64,000 bases of DNA from Mayamaea pseudoterrestris (Eukaryota). Below are positions 61,583 through 64,000 of the stretch, in pieces. The first letter of the stretch is position 1, and each line of letters begins with the position of its first letter. Location: positions 124,001-188,000 of the forward strand of contig BROI01000009.1 in assembly GCA_027923505.1 (NCBI GenBank), in the 5' to 3' direction. The notes beneath the pieces are model-generated. The model made no database searches. It was not told the origin of the DNA and saw nothing but the letters and a program-made list of their open reading frames with translations. A program made the position numbers and the translations under genes.

Positions 61583-61921
61583 GAGTCTAATTTCGTACAC
61601 CACTTTATCGTCTGCATTGAGGCGCTGACCATTTACATGCCATACAAATAGCCAAACAAATACTCGACGTATGTCTCCTCTTCACGTTCCGCAGCTACTG
61701 CATGGTGATCGTAGCTAGATTAGTAACGGTGTGACAATGAGCGTGACAACTTTCAAAAGGCTCGACCGCGCCGTAGGTATGAACTATGAACCATCCTATG
61801 CAGCATCGTGTGGCAATCAGAGCTAGATTACGCCGTCAACTTTACTTGACAATCGTTACTTGGTGCTGTGCTGCTTAAGCGACTTTTTTACCGACGTTTG
61901 CTTGACCGATCACAAAGCAAC

Positions 61922-64000
61922 ATGTCGGACGAAGCGAACAGTCTCCTACCACGCGTACCTCGCCAGCAGTATCATTATCTTTACGGCAGTACGACGAATA
62001 TGGAACGGTACGAAGGTGGCAGTACCAGCTCGCCCAATGCCACCGATCAGGATTCTTTAGTAGGAGAAGCGTTAGTGTCAACGGACAATGAGCAAGATAT
62101 GACTCCAGTGGGTAGTGACGGCGATATACAGCAATTACTAATGACGAATGAAAATGGCGTTCAGCTTTTGGGAGGTAGTGGCAATGATAATCATGAAACA
62201 CATAAAGTAATTGGACCATTCACTTTGCAATCATTGGACTGCATTCGCTTACGACGGTCGCAGCTTTGGCTGTTCATTATAACGCTCGCTGGCGCTGCGA
62301 TCATTCTTGTCGTCTTTCAGTCACCTATAGTTGCGAGGCGGTCGAAGGGCGAAGCACTGTTAAACATGCCCTTTGCTCGAGTCGACCGTGAAGATTTTGG
62401 TGATCCTGCTGCAGGATTTATCGACAAAAGCCTCTTTGATCCGTCGCTTATAAACCGGCGAGGCAGGAAAGAATTTATATTTCCTTTTCCGACAGGTAGC
62501 TTTTGGACCAATTTGGTGCTTGCGCCAACTGCCGATCGAGGACTAAGTTATCCAGTTGTTGCGTATCCGTATGCGTACGCATGGTCCCACGCACTTCTAC
62601 AATTATCGTATTCAGCAAGCCATCGCAAAGAAGAACCCAAGATGATCCATGACTATTTTTTCCCTGATTTGACGTTGACGACGCAAGAGGGCATTTTGAA
62701 TCGACATATAACCTACTTTGACGCCCTTTCCGTGACTCTGCGCTACACTACGCAGGGCGGGAAATGGGAAACTTACCTCGTCCAAGGAAGCCCTTACGTG
62801 ACAATCCGCTACGAGAACAGCTCGCCGGTCATTCACGCCTTTTCTACATTTGCCCACGTTGGCTGCAACAATAATGAAGCTTCATCGTCTAAAAATTTGG
62901 ATGCAAACCATGGTAACAGACGGCTTGGTGAAGCTGCTACGTTCGGCGTTTGTGCGTGGGAGGAAGATTCAGCGAAATCGCATCGGATACTGAGAGGGGT
63001 GCAATTTAGAATATTTAGTCAGGAAGGGATGGAATGGATTCTTTTTTCCTCGGAACCCATTGAGCTGCAATATGATTTAATGGTGAGGTCGGCAATATCG
63101 TCTATTAACAAATTCAAGGGCGTCCTTCGGATCGCCTTCATTTCCGGCTCGCAAGGAGCAATGGCTACGTCCGGTATAAATGCTTCTGCGGCGGACAATG
63201 ATAGATATATGAACTCTTCACTGTCGACGGGACTGCAAAGACTTATCTACCATGCTGGAGTCTACCCTATTAGCGGGGATGTGAGCTGGAGTTTTCGATC
63301 TTCCGACACTGAATCAATCCTGGCTTACCCTGCCAATTCGATTTTGAGCAAGTCTGACACGGCGGCACGTGGGAAGACAGCAACAACAAACGCTGCAGAC
63401 ACTTCGCAACCTAACGGTAGTAGAATTGGAAGGCTCACTTTCCAATTTGCGACAGGCTCCTTTACTCCATCAAGCAGTGCATCAGCGGCGAAACCGCTGC
63501 TCATGCTGGCACTGCCTCACCACGCAGAGAAGCTTCCGTCATATATGCAGCTTGGTCGGGACCAATTCGATCTCGTGTATGAATGTATTAAAGGTCCGAT
63601 GCGGCCTATGATAGGCCGAATTTGGTCGTACGACGAAACTCTTCCGTCAATGGGACTCGACGATTTTGACTTCACAAACAACGAGCGAAAAGGTTACTTA
63701 GATACGAACGTGAGGTTGGTTATTATTGATAGTTTGAAAGAGGACATTACTTTGGCGCTCCCAACAATTACTGAAAATGTCTATGGATTTGGTAAGCAGA
63801 CGGCTCGGCTGGCTCAGCTAACGCACATCGCTTACATGCTGCAGCAAGGCAAGCGCACGGACTACCAGTTGGCCTCGAATGGCACGTTTGACGGCGAGAC
63901 AGCGGTTGACGACGAAGATGCGGAGGTTGCTGAAGTGTATCAAAAGTCGGTTAAGTTGCTACGAACTTCGTTGGAGCATTTTCTAAATAATAGCGTCTCA
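61922..64000 (+). CDS. Endo-1,3(4)-beta-glucanase, glycoside hydrolase family 81 (3'-truncated by the window edge)
   Basis: Absent from the ORF track because it has no stop in the window. Manual translation from ATG 61922 gives MSDEANSLLP..., a TM segment, then FPFPTGSFWTNL, AYPYAYAW, TYLVQGSPYVTIRY, LLMLALPHH, IKGPMR and NVYGFGKQTARLAQL, which are GH81-type motifs. Confidence 0.85.
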   Translation, partial: MSDEANSLLPRVPRQQYHYLYGSTTNMERYEGGSTSSPNATDQDSLVGEALVSTDNEQDMTPVGSDGDIQQLLMTNENGVQLLGGSGNDNHETHKVIGPFTLQSLDCIRLRRSQLWLFIITLAGAAIILVVFQSPIVARRSKGEALLNMPFARVDREDFGDPAAGFIDKSLFDPSLINRRGRKEFIFPFPTGSFWTNLVLAPTADRGLSYPVVAYPYAYAWSHALLQLSYSASHRKEEPKMIHDYFFPDLTLTTQEGILNRHITYFDALSVTLRYTTQGGKWETYLVQGSPYVTIRYENSSPVIHAFSTFAHVGCNNNEASSSKNLDANHGNRRLGEAATFGVCAWEEDSAKSHRILRGVQFRIFSQEGMEWILFSSEPIELQYDLMVRSAISSINKFKGVLRIAFISGSQGAMATSGINASAADNDRYMNSSLSTGLQRLIYHAGVYPISGDVSWSFRSSDTESILAYPANSILSKSDTAARGKTATTNAADTSQPNGSRIGRLTFQFATGSFTPSSSASAAKPLLMLALPHHAEKLPSYMQLGRDQFDLVYECIKGPMRPMIGRIWSYDETLPSMGLDDFDFTNNERKGYLDTNVRLVIIDSLKEDITLALPTITENVYGFGKQTARLAQLTHIAYMLQQGKRTDYQLASNGTFDGETAVDDEDAEVAEVYQKSVKLLRTSLEHFLNNSVS

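Overview
Eukaryotic DNA. The gene set, short GT-AG introns, compact spacing and a CoDi-like Ty1/copia element point to a diatom or related stramenopile (inference). The left two-thirds is a layered satellite domain. Positions 1-30510 hold about 169 head-to-tail copies of a 181-bp, ~54% GC, CpG-poor monomer (SatA) that drifts into a second subfamily toward the right. Positions 30511-42643 hold a different, palindrome-rich 169-bp monomer (SatB, ~33 copies). SatB is interrupted by an intact Ty1/copia retrotransposon (32262-38822) with a single gag-pol ORF, a chromodomain-like module, TTG...CAA ends and a 4-bp TSD, and also contains a ~1.1-kb inverted duplication. Positions 42645-43061 hold ~2.3 inverted, diverged 180-bp SatA relatives. 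About 100 bp later a gene-dense arm begins: QCR2/MPP-alpha-like peptidase M16 protein, MAD2, ASCH-domain protein, GPR107/TMEM87-type 7TM protein, DNA polymerase delta catalytic subunit, a multi-SH3b-like repeat protein, a GRDP-like/SUMO-like fusion, a sulfotransferase-family protein, a type I membrane protein and a GH81 endo-1,3-beta-glucanase running off the window. The hundreds of short ORFs in the satellites are artefacts. The main candidate system is a satellite-based regional centromere or heterochromatin block colonised by a chromodomain-bearing copia element. That function is a hypothesis; the sequence alone cannot show it.
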